Positions 15,821 through 24,701 are shown, counted from the first letter of the stretch. The stretch: 34,776 bases of DNA from a virus (IMGVR_UViG_3300043112_000004:1-34776); one strand, 5' to 3'. The notes: a model not told the origin generated them from the letters alone. Numbers and translations: made by a program.

Positions 15821-16142
15821 AAGACCTCCCTATTAATCGAATAAAATCTTCTCTTGTATGGCCATTCGCTTCAAATCTTTGTTGCGCTCTCCATTTTAAA
15901 TCAGCATCTTTGTCGTGTCCGTTTTTCCCATGCACTCCATTTGAACTTTGATGGCAATTATAGCAAAGGCAAGTCATAAACTCTGTGTGGCTGTCTGATA
16001 TTTTATAGTTTTTTCCAAAAAACACATGGTGAATGCTTTCAAATGGCCTTCCGCAGATTTGACACTTTCCATCATCACGAAGAATTACATCTAGTTTCAT
16101 GTTTTTCTTGTATTGCTTGGTTTGCCTTTTATTCCATTTCAT
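15810..16142 (-). CDS. HNH-type nuclease (Ref-like)
   Basis: RDDGKCQICG...HHVFFG...LCYNCH...GVH. Confidence 0.75.
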   Translation of the reverse strand: MKWNKRQTKQYKKNMKLDVILRDDGKCQICGRPFESIHHVFFGKNYKISDSHTEFMTCLCYNCHQSSNGVHGKNGHDKDADLKWRAQQRFEANGHTREDFIRLIGRSYEP

Positions 16143-16458
16143 AGCTATCATCCACAATGTCAAGGAAATCATCTAGCATCAATGTTGCCTGCCATTTTCC
16201 GTTGTTTTTCCTGTGGAAGACAATTGGCACTTCATCTTTGCTCGCATCACGTTTAGCCTGATCCATTGCCTTTCCTAGATTCAGCTTTTCAACACGTTTG
16301 ACCTCAATGTGAAAGCCTGGTAAGCCAACCACATCAGCGTCACCGTTAGCCCCGCAGAATTGCTGGCTGCGTCTTGCATTATATCCTCTGGCTTGTAAGA
16401 TGTGGGCAACTTCGAGTTCGCCATTTTTACCCTTTCTTTTGCTGTTAATCTTGCTCAT
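16129..16458 (-). CDS. Holliday junction resolvase (Hjc-like PD-(D/E)XK)
   Basis: SKRKGKNGELE...ADVV...IEVKRVEKL. Confidence 0.8.
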   Translation of the reverse strand: MSKINSKRKGKNGELEVAHILQARGYNARRSQQFCGANGDADVVGLPGFHIEVKRVEKLNLGKAMDQAKRDASKDEVPIVFHRKNNGKWQATLMLDDFLDIVDDSYEME

Positions 16459-16627
16459 TTAGCTTCCTCCCGCACATAGGACAATAATTAATTTCAAACG
16501 AACCGTCACCATTTTGTTCGGATCCATAAAAATGTATGTCAATTACATCTCCGTTTATTATTTCAACATAAAAATCAGAATATAGGTTTCCAAATAAAGG
16601 TCTTGTGTTTTCGCAATAATCGCACAT
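16445..16627 (-). CDS. Small Zn-binding protein
   Basis: MCDYC...INYCPMCGRKL. Confidence 0.65.
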   Translation of the reverse strand: MCDYCENTRPLFGNLYSDFYVEIINGDVIDIHFYGSEQNGDGSFEINYCPMCGRKLNEQD

Positions 16628-16911
16628 TACAACCTCTTTTCTTTGGCAAAGCTATTCATTCCAACAATGCTCGCTTTAGGCAAAACCTTTAACTTGTATT
16701 CGTGGAATCCTCTTTCATGCTTCACGCTTTCAAACTCTGGAAATGACTGAAGCGCACAACTTTCTTTTGACAGCACAACGGTTACAAGGCCGTCATATTT
16801 GTTTACGCCATACTGAACAAAGTCTTTTTCATCAGTTGCTTTAATTACTCTTTGCAGCAGTTTGCCAGTTTCAAATGATGAGTTTTTGTAGTTCTCAATA
16901 CATTGATTCAT
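16627..16911 (-). CDS. Hypothetical protein
   Basis: Start reassigned to ATG 16911 (AAGGAGGT RBS, own promoter). Confidence 0.65.
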   Translation of the reverse strand: MNQCIENYKNSSFETGKLLQRVIKATDEKDFVQYGVNKYDGLVTVVLSKESCALQSFPEFESVKHERGFHEYKLKVLPKASIVGMNSFAKEKRL

Positions 16912-16933
16912 TTTACTACCTCCTTTTTCTTTT

Positions 16934-16962
16934 ATTATACAGCAAATCCGCAAAATTGTCAA
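16934..16962 (-). promoter_or_regulatory. Consensus sigmaA promoter
   Basis: TTGACA-17 nt-TATAAT. Confidence 0.9.
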
Positions 16963-17213
16963 ACTTTATGCCTTTTTGACAACGCAACAATCAGGATATA
17001 CCCGATGGCAATTCCGACAAAATCATGTTCCAAATCACTGAGCGAAAACAGCCCGTAATCCAAGAAATCAACAACCTCTTTCCCGATTCCGATTGTCAGC
17101 ACTAAAATGGCTAACAGCTTTAAGTTTAATTTGCCACAGACAAATCGCAAAGCCGATCCAATAAACAGCATCAAAATTACCGAAACACCGCAGTGTAAGA
17201 TAAAATCAGTCAT
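16959..17213 (-). CDS. Small three-transmembrane membrane protein (VanZ/YfiM-like)
   Basis: Hydrophobic; H...GIGKEVVD...SLSDLEHDFVG pattern. Confidence 0.55.
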   Translation of the reverse strand: MTDFILHCGVSVILMLFIGSALRFVCGKLNLKLLAILVLTIGIGKEVVDFLDYGLFSLSDLEHDFVGIAIGYILIVALSKRHKV

Positions 17214-17763
17214 TCAATTCACCTTCAATCATATTTTTCAAGATGGTTACTCCAAACATTGCACAGGCACCACAGGAACCGCCAAACGCTTCATCTTCTT
17301 CCCAAGTAACCTCGCCTTGCCGCCATTCTGGATGCCCTGACGCTCCTACAGTAATAAACCATTTGTCCATTGCGTTATCGCAATACCAAGTTTTTGTATT
17401 ATTTCCTGCAGGTGCAATGCTGATCGATTTAACAGCAAGAATGTCTTCGCTCATGTATTCTAGTGCCATTTCTTCAGTTGGCGGATAAAAGAAGCAAACA
17501 ACCAAATCATAAGGCTCATCGATTTCAAAGTCGCTTGCTTCCAAAAAGTCAAGTTGCGTAATTTCTAGCATGGGCAAATTATCATAAAAAATCCATGTCA
17601 TTTTATTTCCGTGATCTGTGTCCCAATAACCGTTGAAATCGTCAATAATAAGGACCCTCAGCCCGGCACCCTCGTTGATTGGTGCAAACTCAGGTGGTGC
17701 ATTTGATGCAAAGCATGGTGTTGATAGTGCGATAATCAGTAATACGATGATTAGTTTTTTCAT
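17206..17763 (-). CDS. Secreted miniature subtilisin-like (peptidase S8) protein
   Basis: Signal peptide MKKLIIVLLIIALSTPCFA; VLIIDD, DTDHG, APAGN, ITVGA, GGSCGA in S8 catalytic order; AAGGAGG RBS before 17763. Confidence 0.6.
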   Translation of the reverse strand: MKKLIIVLLIIALSTPCFASNAPPEFAPINEGAGLRVLIIDDFNGYWDTDHGNKMTWIFYDNLPMLEITQLDFLEASDFEIDEPYDLVVCFFYPPTEEMALEYMSEDILAVKSISIAPAGNNTKTWYCDNAMDKWFITVGASGHPEWRQGEVTWEEDEAFGGSCGACAMFGVTILKNMIEGELND

Positions 17764-17812
17764 TTTAAATTCCTCCTTGTTAGTCACAACATTAATGTTT
17801 TGCGACTTTATT

Positions 17813-18574
17813 TTAAAATACAAAAGACATTTGAATACTTGACAACATTTCTTCTTTTGCTAATTTATAAAAGTTTTTGTCAATTTCAAAGCCGTAACTG
17901 TTTCTATCAATTTCCGCCGCCGCCCTTAACGTCGTCCCGCTCCCAGCCGTCGGGTCAATAACAATATCACCTGGGTCTGTAAAAATTCTTATCAATTCTT
18001 TCAAAAGTGGAATCGGCTTTTGGGTTGGATGGATTTTTGGTACCGAAGAATCTTTCCTCCACTCGAACCAATTAAAAATCATTCTTCCGTCATTGTTGAA
18101 TTTTGGCAGTTTTTCTCTATATAAAACTACTGCGTGTTCTGTTGCTCCAACAATTTTCATGTTCGCTTTTAAAACTTGAGAGCTGTAATTTTTTATAAAA
18201 AACAATGGGTAACTTTTGCTAAAATCGTATTTTTTGCCATATTCTATTACGCTGTGCATTTGTTGGAAAGAACAAAATACAATCATAGCTGGCGCTTTCC
18301 CAGTTTCTTTAGGCTCCTTTTTTAATAACTTACTGCAGAAGTGCATATACTCTGCAAGATTGAAGTTTGAGTCAGTGTTAAAAAATTGTTTTCCAGCCTT
18401 TTCAGATTCCCCTTTCTTATTATCTCCTCCAACATACCATTCTGTACTTGACGCGTATGCATTAACTCCTAAATTGTAAGGAATGTCAGCAATAACTAAT
18501 TGGGCTTTTGGTATACCGTATCTTTTAAAGTTTTGAAAATGATCATTGTATAATTCTGTTTTTATTTTAGCCAT
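17813..18574 (-). CDS. DNA methyltransferase (N4-C/N6-A, beta class)
   Basis: DIPY, HPTQKP, DPTAGSGT; start MAKIK after AGGAGG. Confidence 0.92.
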   Translation of the reverse strand: MAKIKTELYNDHFQNFKRYGIPKAQLVIADIPYNLGVNAYASSTEWYVGGDNKKGESEKAGKQFFNTDSNFNLAEYMHFCSKLLKKEPKETGKAPAMIVFCSFQQMHSVIEYGKKYDFSKSYPLFFIKNYSSQVLKANMKIVGATEHAVVLYREKLPKFNNDGRMIFNWFEWRKDSSVPKIHPTQKPIPLLKELIRIFTDPGDIVIDPTAGSGTTLRAAAEIDRNSYGFEIDKNFYKLAKEEMLSSIQMSFVF

Positions 18575-18602
18575 CAAGCCGCCTCCTTTCTTCGCAAAAA
18601 CT

Positions 18603-18812
18603 TTATTTTGCGCCTTTATTCTTAACTGGCGCCAAAACACTTTCAATTTCCTTGACTAAAACCGACGCTCTTCTATTCAATGGGCAATCCTTATTTACGC
18701 ATTTGTAGTCAAGTCCAAGTTTTCCAACATAAATGTCAGAACCGCATATCGGACAAGATTTTTTGTTCACTTCTTCCCAATCACATAGTATGCCGCTATA
18801 TCCTACGTTCAT
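18603..18812 (-). CDS. Zinc-ribbon protein
   Basis: CPICG...CVNKDC; GGAGGTG RBS. Confidence 0.6.
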   Translation of the reverse strand: MNVGYSGILCDWEEVNKKSCPICGSDIYVGKLGLDYKCVNKDCPLNRRASVLVKEIESVLAPVKNKGAK

Positions 18813-18820
18813 CCTTCACA

Positions 18821-18845
18821 CCTCCTGCGCTATGCGCTATTCAAT
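18821..18845. repeat. Gene-boundary repeat A, copy 1 (with 21758..21782)
   Basis: CCTCCTGCGCTATGCGCTA(T/G)TCAAT, 24 of 25 identical. Confidence 0.85.
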
Positions 18846-18979
18846 ACCAAAATTCACAAACTACATATCTTTTCTTGCATTCTTTACATCCAACAATTCT
18901 TTTCTCATTCAAATCATTCAAAAATACATCGTTCGCAATTACACTATACGCATATCTACCTCCAAAAAACACATGGCAC

Positions 18980-19375
18980 TTACTTTCTTTTTTGTTTAAT
19001 CTGTGAGATATTACAAACGTATTTTGCCAATAATTCGCCTGCCACCAATGCGTTTTCTTTTCCAATTACAACTTGCTCGTAAACATCTCCATTATAAGAG
19101 ATCGCATATTTTTTCTTCAGCTGATTGATAAGTGATTGAAAATATTCATCGCACGCACTGTTGAATCTATACTGAGCTTCTTTCTTTGGCACAATAGCTT
19201 TGCCTTCTTTGGTTAATAGTGTATATGCAGGATGTCCACTTCGTTTTTCCCAATACACACACTCAAGGCCAAGATCATGGTTAATTACTTGATAGGTGTA
19301 TATAGCCCCTTTTCTACCAGTTGGATTACATACATAGCCCCATCTACTAAAGTTTCGTCTAATATTTTCTTTCAT
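18980..19375 (-). CDS. Hypothetical protein
   Basis: AAAGGAG RBS, 131 aa. Confidence 0.55.
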   Translation of the reverse strand: MKENIRRNFSRWGYVCNPTGRKGAIYTYQVINHDLGLECVYWEKRSGHPAYTLLTKEGKAIVPKKEAQYRFNSACDEYFQSLINQLKKKYAISYNGDVYEQVVIGKENALVAGELLAKYVCNISQIKQKRK

Positions 19376-19418
19376 GTTCTTCTCCTTTCATTAGTCACAA
19401 AATACACGCTTTGCGGCA

Positions 19419-19703
19419 TTAACCGATCACCGGACCCATCAATTCCAACATGGCCTCTTTTGTTCTTTCCGCTCTTTCAATCAACACTTCAATTGCACTA
19501 ACATCTGATACTTCAATAATTACCGGATGCTTAAGCATTTGCCCCCACGACGTTCCGACTGGTTCGCCAATCTGCCCGGTTCCATTTTCTCCAAAAGTAA
19601 TGTATCCTTTCGGCTTGCCTGATTCAATTTCTGCCGCAGACGTAATATTCACATCTCCATTTCCGATTTGAACAAAAGTTATTCCATTTTCCTTTTTAAT
19701 CAT
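19419..19703 (-). CDS. Hypothetical protein
   Basis: GGAGG RBS. Confidence 0.6.
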   Translation of the reverse strand: MIKKENGITFVQIGNGDVNITSAAEIESGKPKGYITFGENGTGQIGEPVGTSWGQMLKHPVIIEVSDVSAIEVLIERAERTKEAMLELMGPVIG

Positions 19704-19719
19704 CTTTATTCCTCCACTT

Positions 19720-19839
19720 CTATAAATCGTCGCCCATGTTTATCCAAGCCCAATACGCTTCTTCTTCTTTGCGATAAGCTTCTTCTTCCGCTTCCAACCG
19801 ATTCAATTCAGCTTCAAGCGCACGTTTGTTTTTCCTCAT
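19720..19839 (-). CDS. 39-aa acidic hypothetical protein
   Basis: ATGA overlap, GGAGGG RBS; MRKNKRALEAELNRLEAEEEAYRKEEEAYWAWINMGDDL. Confidence 0.5.
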   Translation of the reverse strand: MRKNKRALEAELNRLEAEEEAYRKEEEAYWAWINMGDDL

Positions 19840-20147
19840 TTTATCCCTCCTATCGTCTGGTTAATAATCTGCACTTTTAAGTCCATACCGCCCGGCATTT
19901 CGCAAATGTAATCAAAATCAACTCCTTTTAATTCTTGCTTGATAAGATTCAACTTGATCGCATCTTTTTCCGCATAATCTTGTAAGGCTGTATAAGCCTT
20001 TCTAAGCGTTTTTACTTCTTCGAGATATGTTTGGTTATCTTCGAACAGTTGCTCGTTGTTATGGGCAATTTTTGCGCCATACAGGCAAGTTACTGCGTTA
20101 GTCAACAGCAATAAGCCACACAATCCAATTAATAGCCGTTTATTCAT
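19836..20147 (-). CDS. Membrane-anchored coiled-coil protein
   Basis: MNKRLLIGLCGLLLLTNAV hydrophobic N-terminus; start position uncertain. Confidence 0.55.
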   Translation of the reverse strand: MNKRLLIGLCGLLLLTNAVTCLYGAKIAHNNEQLFEDNQTYLEEVKTLRKAYTALQDYAEKDAIKLNLIKQELKGVDFDYICEMPGGMDLKVQIINQTIGGIK

Positions 20148-20328
20148 CTTCTTCAATTTTCTCATAAATTTCACCCGTTTCCAAAACTTCAACCTTGTAA
20201 TATCTTCCAGAATTGATTAGTCTTTGAGCGTACTCTCCAGAATCCAAGCCTTGACATTCAATTCTTCTGTCTGTGATTTCCGCTGTGTAAAATCCTTTGC
20301 AACCAGTTTGCCATAATTTAAATTTCAT
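20140..20328 (-). CDS. Hypothetical protein
   Basis: AAGGAGG RBS, own promoter. Confidence 0.65.
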   Translation of the reverse strand: MKFKLWQTGCKGFYTAEITDRRIECQGLDSGEYAQRLINSGRYYKVEVLETGEIYEKIEEDE

Positions 20329-20356
20329 ATTGTTTCCTCCTTTTCTATCTAACCTT

Positions 20357-20385
20357 ATTGTATATCAAGTTAGGCATAAAAGCAA
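20357..20385 (-). promoter_or_regulatory. sigmaA-type promoter
   Basis: TTGCTT-17 nt-TACAAT. Confidence 0.7.
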
Positions 20386-20393
20386 GTGTTTTT

Positions 20394-21047
20394 TTAGAGA
20401 TCAAGAAATAAATTTAATTGACTTTTATGCGCTTCAAGTCGTTTTGTAGCTTCACGGAAATAATCTTCGTCTAACTCAAAGCCTAGATATTCAAACCCTA
20501 AATCATGGCAAGCAATTAAAGAAGATGCTGAACCAACATGAGTATCAAGAATCTTGTTGCCTTCTTTTGCGTAGTTTTTTAGTAACCACTTGTAAAGTGC
20601 AACTGGTTTTTGTGTCGGGTGTATTCGCTTTTCTTTATTCCTCATGTCACCTTGTATCATTCCATTCCATGTGTACTCAAATATTTCAACACTTTTAGAT
20701 TTTGAATAATAAGCCATTTCAGCCCTACCGAATGCAGTGCCTTTTTTGTCCCAAACTATTCTACCGCCGTTCAAACCTTTTGCTGTGTAAAAATTGACAC
20801 CCCATATAATTTGATTTTTACTAACTCGTTTTAATTCGTCAAAATACTCTTGCGCAGGTTCTTTATTTTCAAAAACTTTATATCTCTTCCTGTTTGCCGC
20901 TTGTTTTTTTGCGCCTTCGTTGTCTTTTAGCCCTATTGCATCGTTTCCGCCATAAGGGGGATCAACAATCGCCAAATCAAAATAATTGTCCGGTATTTGC
21001 TTCATGCCTTCCATGCAATCCATGTTATAAAAACCTTTTAATTTCAT
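20394..21047 (-). CDS. DNA methyltransferase (N4-C/N6-A, beta class)
   Basis: DPPY, HPTQKP, DTHVGSAS; start MKLKG after GGAGG. Confidence 0.92.
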   Translation of the reverse strand: MKLKGFYNMDCMEGMKQIPDNYFDLAIVDPPYGGNDAIGLKDNEGAKKQAANRKRYKVFENKEPAQEYFDELKRVSKNQIIWGVNFYTAKGLNGGRIVWDKKGTAFGRAEMAYYSKSKSVEIFEYTWNGMIQGDMRNKEKRIHPTQKPVALYKWLLKNYAKEGNKILDTHVGSASSLIACHDLGFEYLGFELDEDYFREATKRLEAHKSQLNLFLDL

Positions 21048-21751
21048 CTCATCCTCCAGTTTTCTTCTTCTGGCCCGAACTCTGCAACACAACTTCCGCA
21101 CATTTCAAAAATCCGGCTGCCAATAGCTTCGTCTAGCTGCTTGATTTGCTCGATTGAATATTCGCTTGTCAAGATAATGTCCTTGCGTTTTAAGTACCGC
21201 TCGTTAATCACGAGAAAAATTAACTCGATTTCTGAATCGTCAATCTTGGTGATGTGGCTAAACGTCCGTACCGACCCTTTTAAAAAGTCGTCAAGCAGCA
21301 AATATTTAGGTTTAGTGTATCGGCTCAATACACGCCTAAAATTAATCTCGTCATACCTTGCCATCTTTAATTCTTGAATCATTTGATTATACTGGACGAT
21401 CTTGACATACTCCCCGTCCATTTCAACAAGCTTTCGTGCGATCCCATATGCTAGATGGCTCTTCCCCGTGCCAGGCCGCCCTAGAAAAGCAATAGACCCT
21501 TCTGGCTTATTAGCGTAATCAACCGCCATTTTCTTTGCTCGTTTCTGCTTATCAGTCTTGGCGATATATTGATTAATTCGCAAGTCCGGAATATTATCCA
21601 ACTCTTTCAATGCGATTTCAGCCAGTATCTCACTTGCGTACTTATCTTGCTCCGCTTGAGTTATCACATCCTTTCGCTCATGTTGCGGAATCTCTATACC
21701 TTTAGATTCAAATTCTTGCTTTTTTATTGCAAGTCTTTCAAAAATCCCCAT
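21044..21751 (-). CDS. DnaC/IstB-like helicase-loader ATPase
   Basis: Walker A GRPGTGKSH, LLLDDF, INERY, IGSRIFEMC. Confidence 0.9.
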   Translation of the reverse strand: MGIFERLAIKKQEFESKGIEIPQHERKDVITQAEQDKYASEILAEIALKELDNIPDLRINQYIAKTDKQKRAKKMAVDYANKPEGSIAFLGRPGTGKSHLAYGIARKLVEMDGEYVKIVQYNQMIQELKMARYDEINFRRVLSRYTKPKYLLLDDFLKGSVRTFSHITKIDDSEIELIFLVINERYLKRKDIILTSEYSIEQIKQLDEAIGSRIFEMCGSCVAEFGPEEENWRMR

Positions 21752-21757
21752 CTTTCC

Positions 21758-21782
21758 CCTCCTGCGCTATGCGCTAGTCAAT
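21758..21782. repeat. Gene-boundary repeat A, copy 2
   Basis: Matches 18821..18845; contains stop codon, TAGCGCA x2 and AGGAGG. Confidence 0.85.
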
Positions 21783-22184
21783 TAAATCGATAATCCAATC
21801 TCCTTCTATTTCTTCATTAACGTAACCGCTGTAAATAAAATCTATATGGTCTTCCATTCCCATGTTTACCATTTTATCTGAAAAATCAGAATATGACATT
21901 TCTTCGCTTTTTGATGTTTGATTACCTAAATGTACTTTTGTTTTTGTGTTTGGTTTGCATCCCGATTCAACCATTTCAGCATTACCATCTTGTTCTTCCT
22001 GCTCCATTTCATCTTTCTTCTTTTCTGCAAAAAACGAAAAATCGCACGGGGAAATCGATTCAAATATACATTCCGTATCTAATGAGTTTGGTTTTTGATT
22101 AAATGGACAGTCGTAACAAACTAAATGGTTTTCGCATTCTTTTGATATTAAAAGTAGCGCATCAATCAATTTTTGTTTCATCAT
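21774..22184 (-). CDS. Cys-rich hypothetical protein
   Basis: C...CYDCPF...C N-terminal motif; RBS present. Confidence 0.6.
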   Translation of the reverse strand: MMKQKLIDALLLISKECENHLVCYDCPFNQKPNSLDTECIFESISPCDFSFFAEKKKDEMEQEEQDGNAEMVESGCKPNTKTKVHLGNQTSKSEEMSYSDFSDKMVNMGMEDHIDFIYSGYVNEEIEGDWIIDLID

Positions 22185-22417
22185 TCTCCATCCTTTCTAA
22201 TCGTTGTCAATAGGTTCAAAATCTTCGCAATTATCCCAGCAATCATTGTATTTAGATTCACCTAAAATGTCTTCTGGTGATTCACAGTAAAATTCCGGAT
22301 CAAAATTATCGCATGCACAATATACATACGGTATTCCTTCAAAATTTCTCTCAACGTATTGGTTCGCACATTTGTCACATTTTACTCTTGCCATCATTCT
22401 CCATCCTTTCTAATCGT
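22179..22417. repeat. Perfect 26-bp direct repeat (22179-22204 and 22392-22417) flanking a gene
   Basis: ACGATTAGAAAGGATGGAGAATGATG on the minus strand = stop codon, RBS and ATGATG. Confidence 0.9.
22197..22397 (-). CDS. Cys-rich hypothetical protein
   Basis: CDKC...C...CEDF; flanked by the 26-bp repeats. Confidence 0.6.
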   Translation of the reverse strand: MMARVKCDKCANQYVERNFEGIPYVYCACDNFDPEFYCESPEDILGESKYNDCWDNCEDFEPIDND

Positions 22418-22589
22418 AATACATCATTCTTTCTGCATTTGTCAATAAATCAAATGTTAACTCTGCATTTGGATATTCGTTGCGCCTTTTTTCGAGCAAA
22501 TCATTTAAATCTTCCTCAGTCAAAATTCCATCATCCCATATTTCACCATCTTTGAAAATTGCATATTCCGCTTCTACTTCTTTTTTCAT
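22410..22589 (-). CDS. 59-aa hypothetical protein
   Basis: AAGGAG RBS; MKKEVEAEYAIFKDGEIWDDG...MMYYD. Confidence 0.6.
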   Translation of the reverse strand: MKKEVEAEYAIFKDGEIWDDGILTEEDLNDLLEKRRNEYPNAELTFDLLTNAERMMYYD

Positions 22590-22600
22590 ATTCTTCTCCT

Positions 22601-23389
22601 TTAAAATGGCACGTTATCAATGTCAATCCCCTCTAAGTCAGCAGGGTCATCACCAAAAATCTTATAGTCACGTTCCGGCTTTTTAGGCTCAACCCATTCG
22701 TTCAAATAACCTTCAAATTTGGTGCCGAATAACGTTGTAGGCTGAAGATACTTAGACATGTTTGGATCGTCTAACCATTGACTACATTTAACATCAATCA
22801 CCTTTTTGAAATCGTCCAAGCCTACGGACAAATCTTTAACCCTTGCCTTTATGAGAGATTGGGTTTTCTTAGATGCAGGTTTAAACGCCTTTCCCGTCTT
22901 TTCATTGAGATAAGCAATTACATCCTTCACGAGGTCGGACGGTACGTCTGACAAAGGTTTTTTCTTTCCTTCTTTACATTCTTCTGTTCTTACATTCTTG
23001 TTTGTGTTCACTTGTTGTTCACTTGTTGTTCGTTTGTTGTTCACTTGTTGTTCATCTTGTTGTTCAATGGATTGGTATTTATCCCAATTTAGTACGGAAA
23101 TTAGCCGTTTCTTTGTGCTTGTTTGTTGTTCAATTTGTTGTTCGATTTCTAGCTTTTTTAATATACGTTGCACTTTGCTTTCGGAAATGTTAAACTGCTG
23201 TGCAATCTTTTTTCTCCCAGTGATAAGTTGCCCAGGAGCCAAAGAAATAACCTCGCCCTTAAACTCAACTTTGTAGCTTTTGTGGGTAGCATTCAAAAGC
23301 AAGTAACACCAAACAGAAAAGTATTCAGCATCTTTACAAACGATTGGGTTCTCCAATGTTTGTCTATATAGTTTAACCCAACCTTCCAT
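22601..23389 (-). CDS. Replication initiator/replisome organizer with conserved phage C-terminal domain
   Basis: MEGWVKLYR...WCYLLLNATH...GQLITGR; YLNEKTGKAFK...YLQPTTLFGTKFEGYLN; upstream of DnaC-like gene. Confidence 0.88.
   Translation of the reverse strand: MEGWVKLYRQTLENPIVCKDAEYFSVWCYLLLNATHKSYKVEFKGEVISLAPGQLITGRKKIAQQFNISESKVQRILKKLEIEQQIEQQTSTKKRLISVLNWDKYQSIEQQDEQQVNNKRTTSEQQVNTNKNVRTEECKEGKKKPLSDVPSDLVKDVIAYLNEKTGKAFKPASKKTQSLIKARVKDLSVGLDDFKKVIDVKCSQWLDDPNMSKYLQPTTLFGTKFEGYLNEWVEPKKPERDYKIFGDDPADLEGIDIDNVPF
23012..23143. repeat. Iterons of the putative replication origin inside the initiator gene
   Basis: TTGTTGTTC at 23012, 23023, 23034, 23045, 23057 (11-12 bp phasing) and at 23123, 23135. 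Confidence 0.8.
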
Positions 23390-23392
23390 GTC

Positions 23393-23563
23393 CTACTCCT
23401 TAAGCGCCCGCTCTAATTTCTTCATGTTTTCTTCATTAGGCTTACTAACCCCACGTTCCCAAAGTTGGTAAGAAGTCAATGAAACACCAACTTTCTTAGC
23501 CACCTCAATTTGTGTAAATCCAAGTTCTTTTCTAATCGCTTTCAATTTTTCTAATTCAAACAT
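23393..23563 (-). CDS. XRE/Cro-family HTH regulator (56 aa)
   Basis: LKAIRKELGFTQIEVAKKVGVSLTSYQLWERGVSKP; AAGGAG RBS; absent from ORF track. Confidence 0.9.
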   Translation of the reverse strand: MFELEKLKAIRKELGFTQIEVAKKVGVSLTSYQLWERGVSKPNEENMKKLERALKE

Positions 23564-23602
23564 TTTTACATCTCCTTTTTATTGTTCTTATTATCTATTT
23601 AT

Positions 23603-23632
23603 AGTATAACATACTTTGTCATGACCATGCAA
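23603..23632 (-). promoter_or_regulatory. Promoter of the HTH/replication operon with overlapping palindromes
   Basis: TTGCAT-18 nt-TATACT with TG; AGTAT-AAC-ATACT inverted repeat and GTCATGAC palindrome. Confidence 0.65.
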
Positions 23633-23642
23633 AGACATTCCA

Positions 23643-23668
23643 GAAAGAAAGCCCCAAATATAGGGGCT
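23643..23668 (-). terminator. Terminator after ERF
   Basis: AGCCCC-7 nt-GGGGCT followed by TTCTTTC. Confidence 0.65.
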
Positions 23669-24275
23669 ATTTTTGTTCTTCTTTTTTCCTGCTTAACATA
23701 TCCATTGCTTGCATCCATTGTTTATTTGTCATTTCTTTAACTGAATTGACTTTAAAGAATGCGCAAAACTTAACCTTGTCCGTTTTAGTTTCATCAAGCA
23801 TCAATTCAAGTGTTTGAAATTTAGCATTGTCAATGACTGCATTTTCCGTTTTAACTCGTTCAGCTTCAATGGCATCATGTTCGGCAGATGAGATTTGGTC
23901 CGGATCATCGTTTGACGGAATCGAGAATGTGCGCCACAAAGCATATTTGAAAGCGTATGACTGCGCCTTGCCTGACCCTTTGTCGGCCGAATCATGGCCT
24001 TGGCCTGTAGAGTGGATGTCGATAAACTCTTCAGGACTGTCAGCGTTGACCATGCGGAAAATGTAATGCCCGTGCGTAATCTTGCCAGATGTCGTTTCCT
24101 CCGCTTTGATTGGATAGACCATGATATTGTTCTCGACAAATTTTTCTCGTAGCGTTGATGTGGTCTTGGCTTCCGATAGAAACTTGTATTTTGTGTTTCC
24201 AAAATCAACCTTTCCGTCTTTTTTTAGGCTTTTAACTTCGCCCATAATCTTAACAATTTTTTGGTATAGATTCAT
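23667..24275 (-). CDS. ERF-family single-strand annealing recombinase
   Basis: MNLYQKI...KKDG...YKFLSE, GHDSADKGSGKAQSYAFKYAL...IPSNDDPD. Confidence 0.88.
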   Translation of the reverse strand: MNLYQKIVKIMGEVKSLKKDGKVDFGNTKYKFLSEAKTTSTLREKFVENNIMVYPIKAEETTSGKITHGHYIFRMVNADSPEEFIDIHSTGQGHDSADKGSGKAQSYAFKYALWRTFSIPSNDDPDQISSAEHDAIEAERVKTENAVIDNAKFQTLELMLDETKTDKVKFCAFFKVNSVKEMTNKQWMQAMDMLSRKKEEQK

Positions 24276-24480
24276 GTTCCCTCGCTTTCTTCAATTCTTC
24301 CAATGTTCTTTCTGCAATCTCTAGCTTCTCGCCCCAGTCTTTCATGTGGTTTTTAATGTTGTCTGCGTGTTCTTTAGTGCAATCTTCCGAACATAAATAG
24401 CCAACTGCTTCATCAATTTCTTTTGTCCAATAATCGACTGACCTTTGATAATGTTTGATTAAATCTGCTAGAGTTTTCAT
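24250..24480 (-). CDS. Hypothetical protein
   Basis: Overlapping packed ORF. Confidence 0.55.
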   Translation of the reverse strand: MKTLADLIKHYQRSVDYWTKEIDEAVGYLCSEDCTKEHADNIKNHMKDWGEKLEIAERTLEELKKAREHESIPKNC

Positions 24481-24701
24481 TTTTTCCAGATAAACGGATC
24501 CGCTTTTTCAAGCAGCGGTTTATAAAGCTTTTCATCAACCATCATTCCTGGAATCGCAGGATGGCCAGCTTTCTTCAATTCCTCAACAGTCATTCCATCG
24601 CATTCCCCAACCCATCCTTCATCAACGCATTCCTTGATAATTTCCCATGGTGCATTTCTAATCATCCGTTCAACCCATTTTCTACCGCTAAATACTTTCA
24701 T
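24477..24701 (-). CDS. Hypothetical protein
   Basis: Start MKVFS after AAGGAGG; ATGA overlaps. Confidence 0.6.
   Translation of the reverse strand: MKVFSGRKWVERMIRNAPWEIIKECVDEGWVGECDGMTVEELKKAGHPAIPGMMVDEKLYKPLLEKADPFIWKK

Noticed and set aside
23012-23143. Repeats as a CRISPR array
   Set aside because: 9-bp units with 2-3 bp gaps inside the initiator gene are iterons
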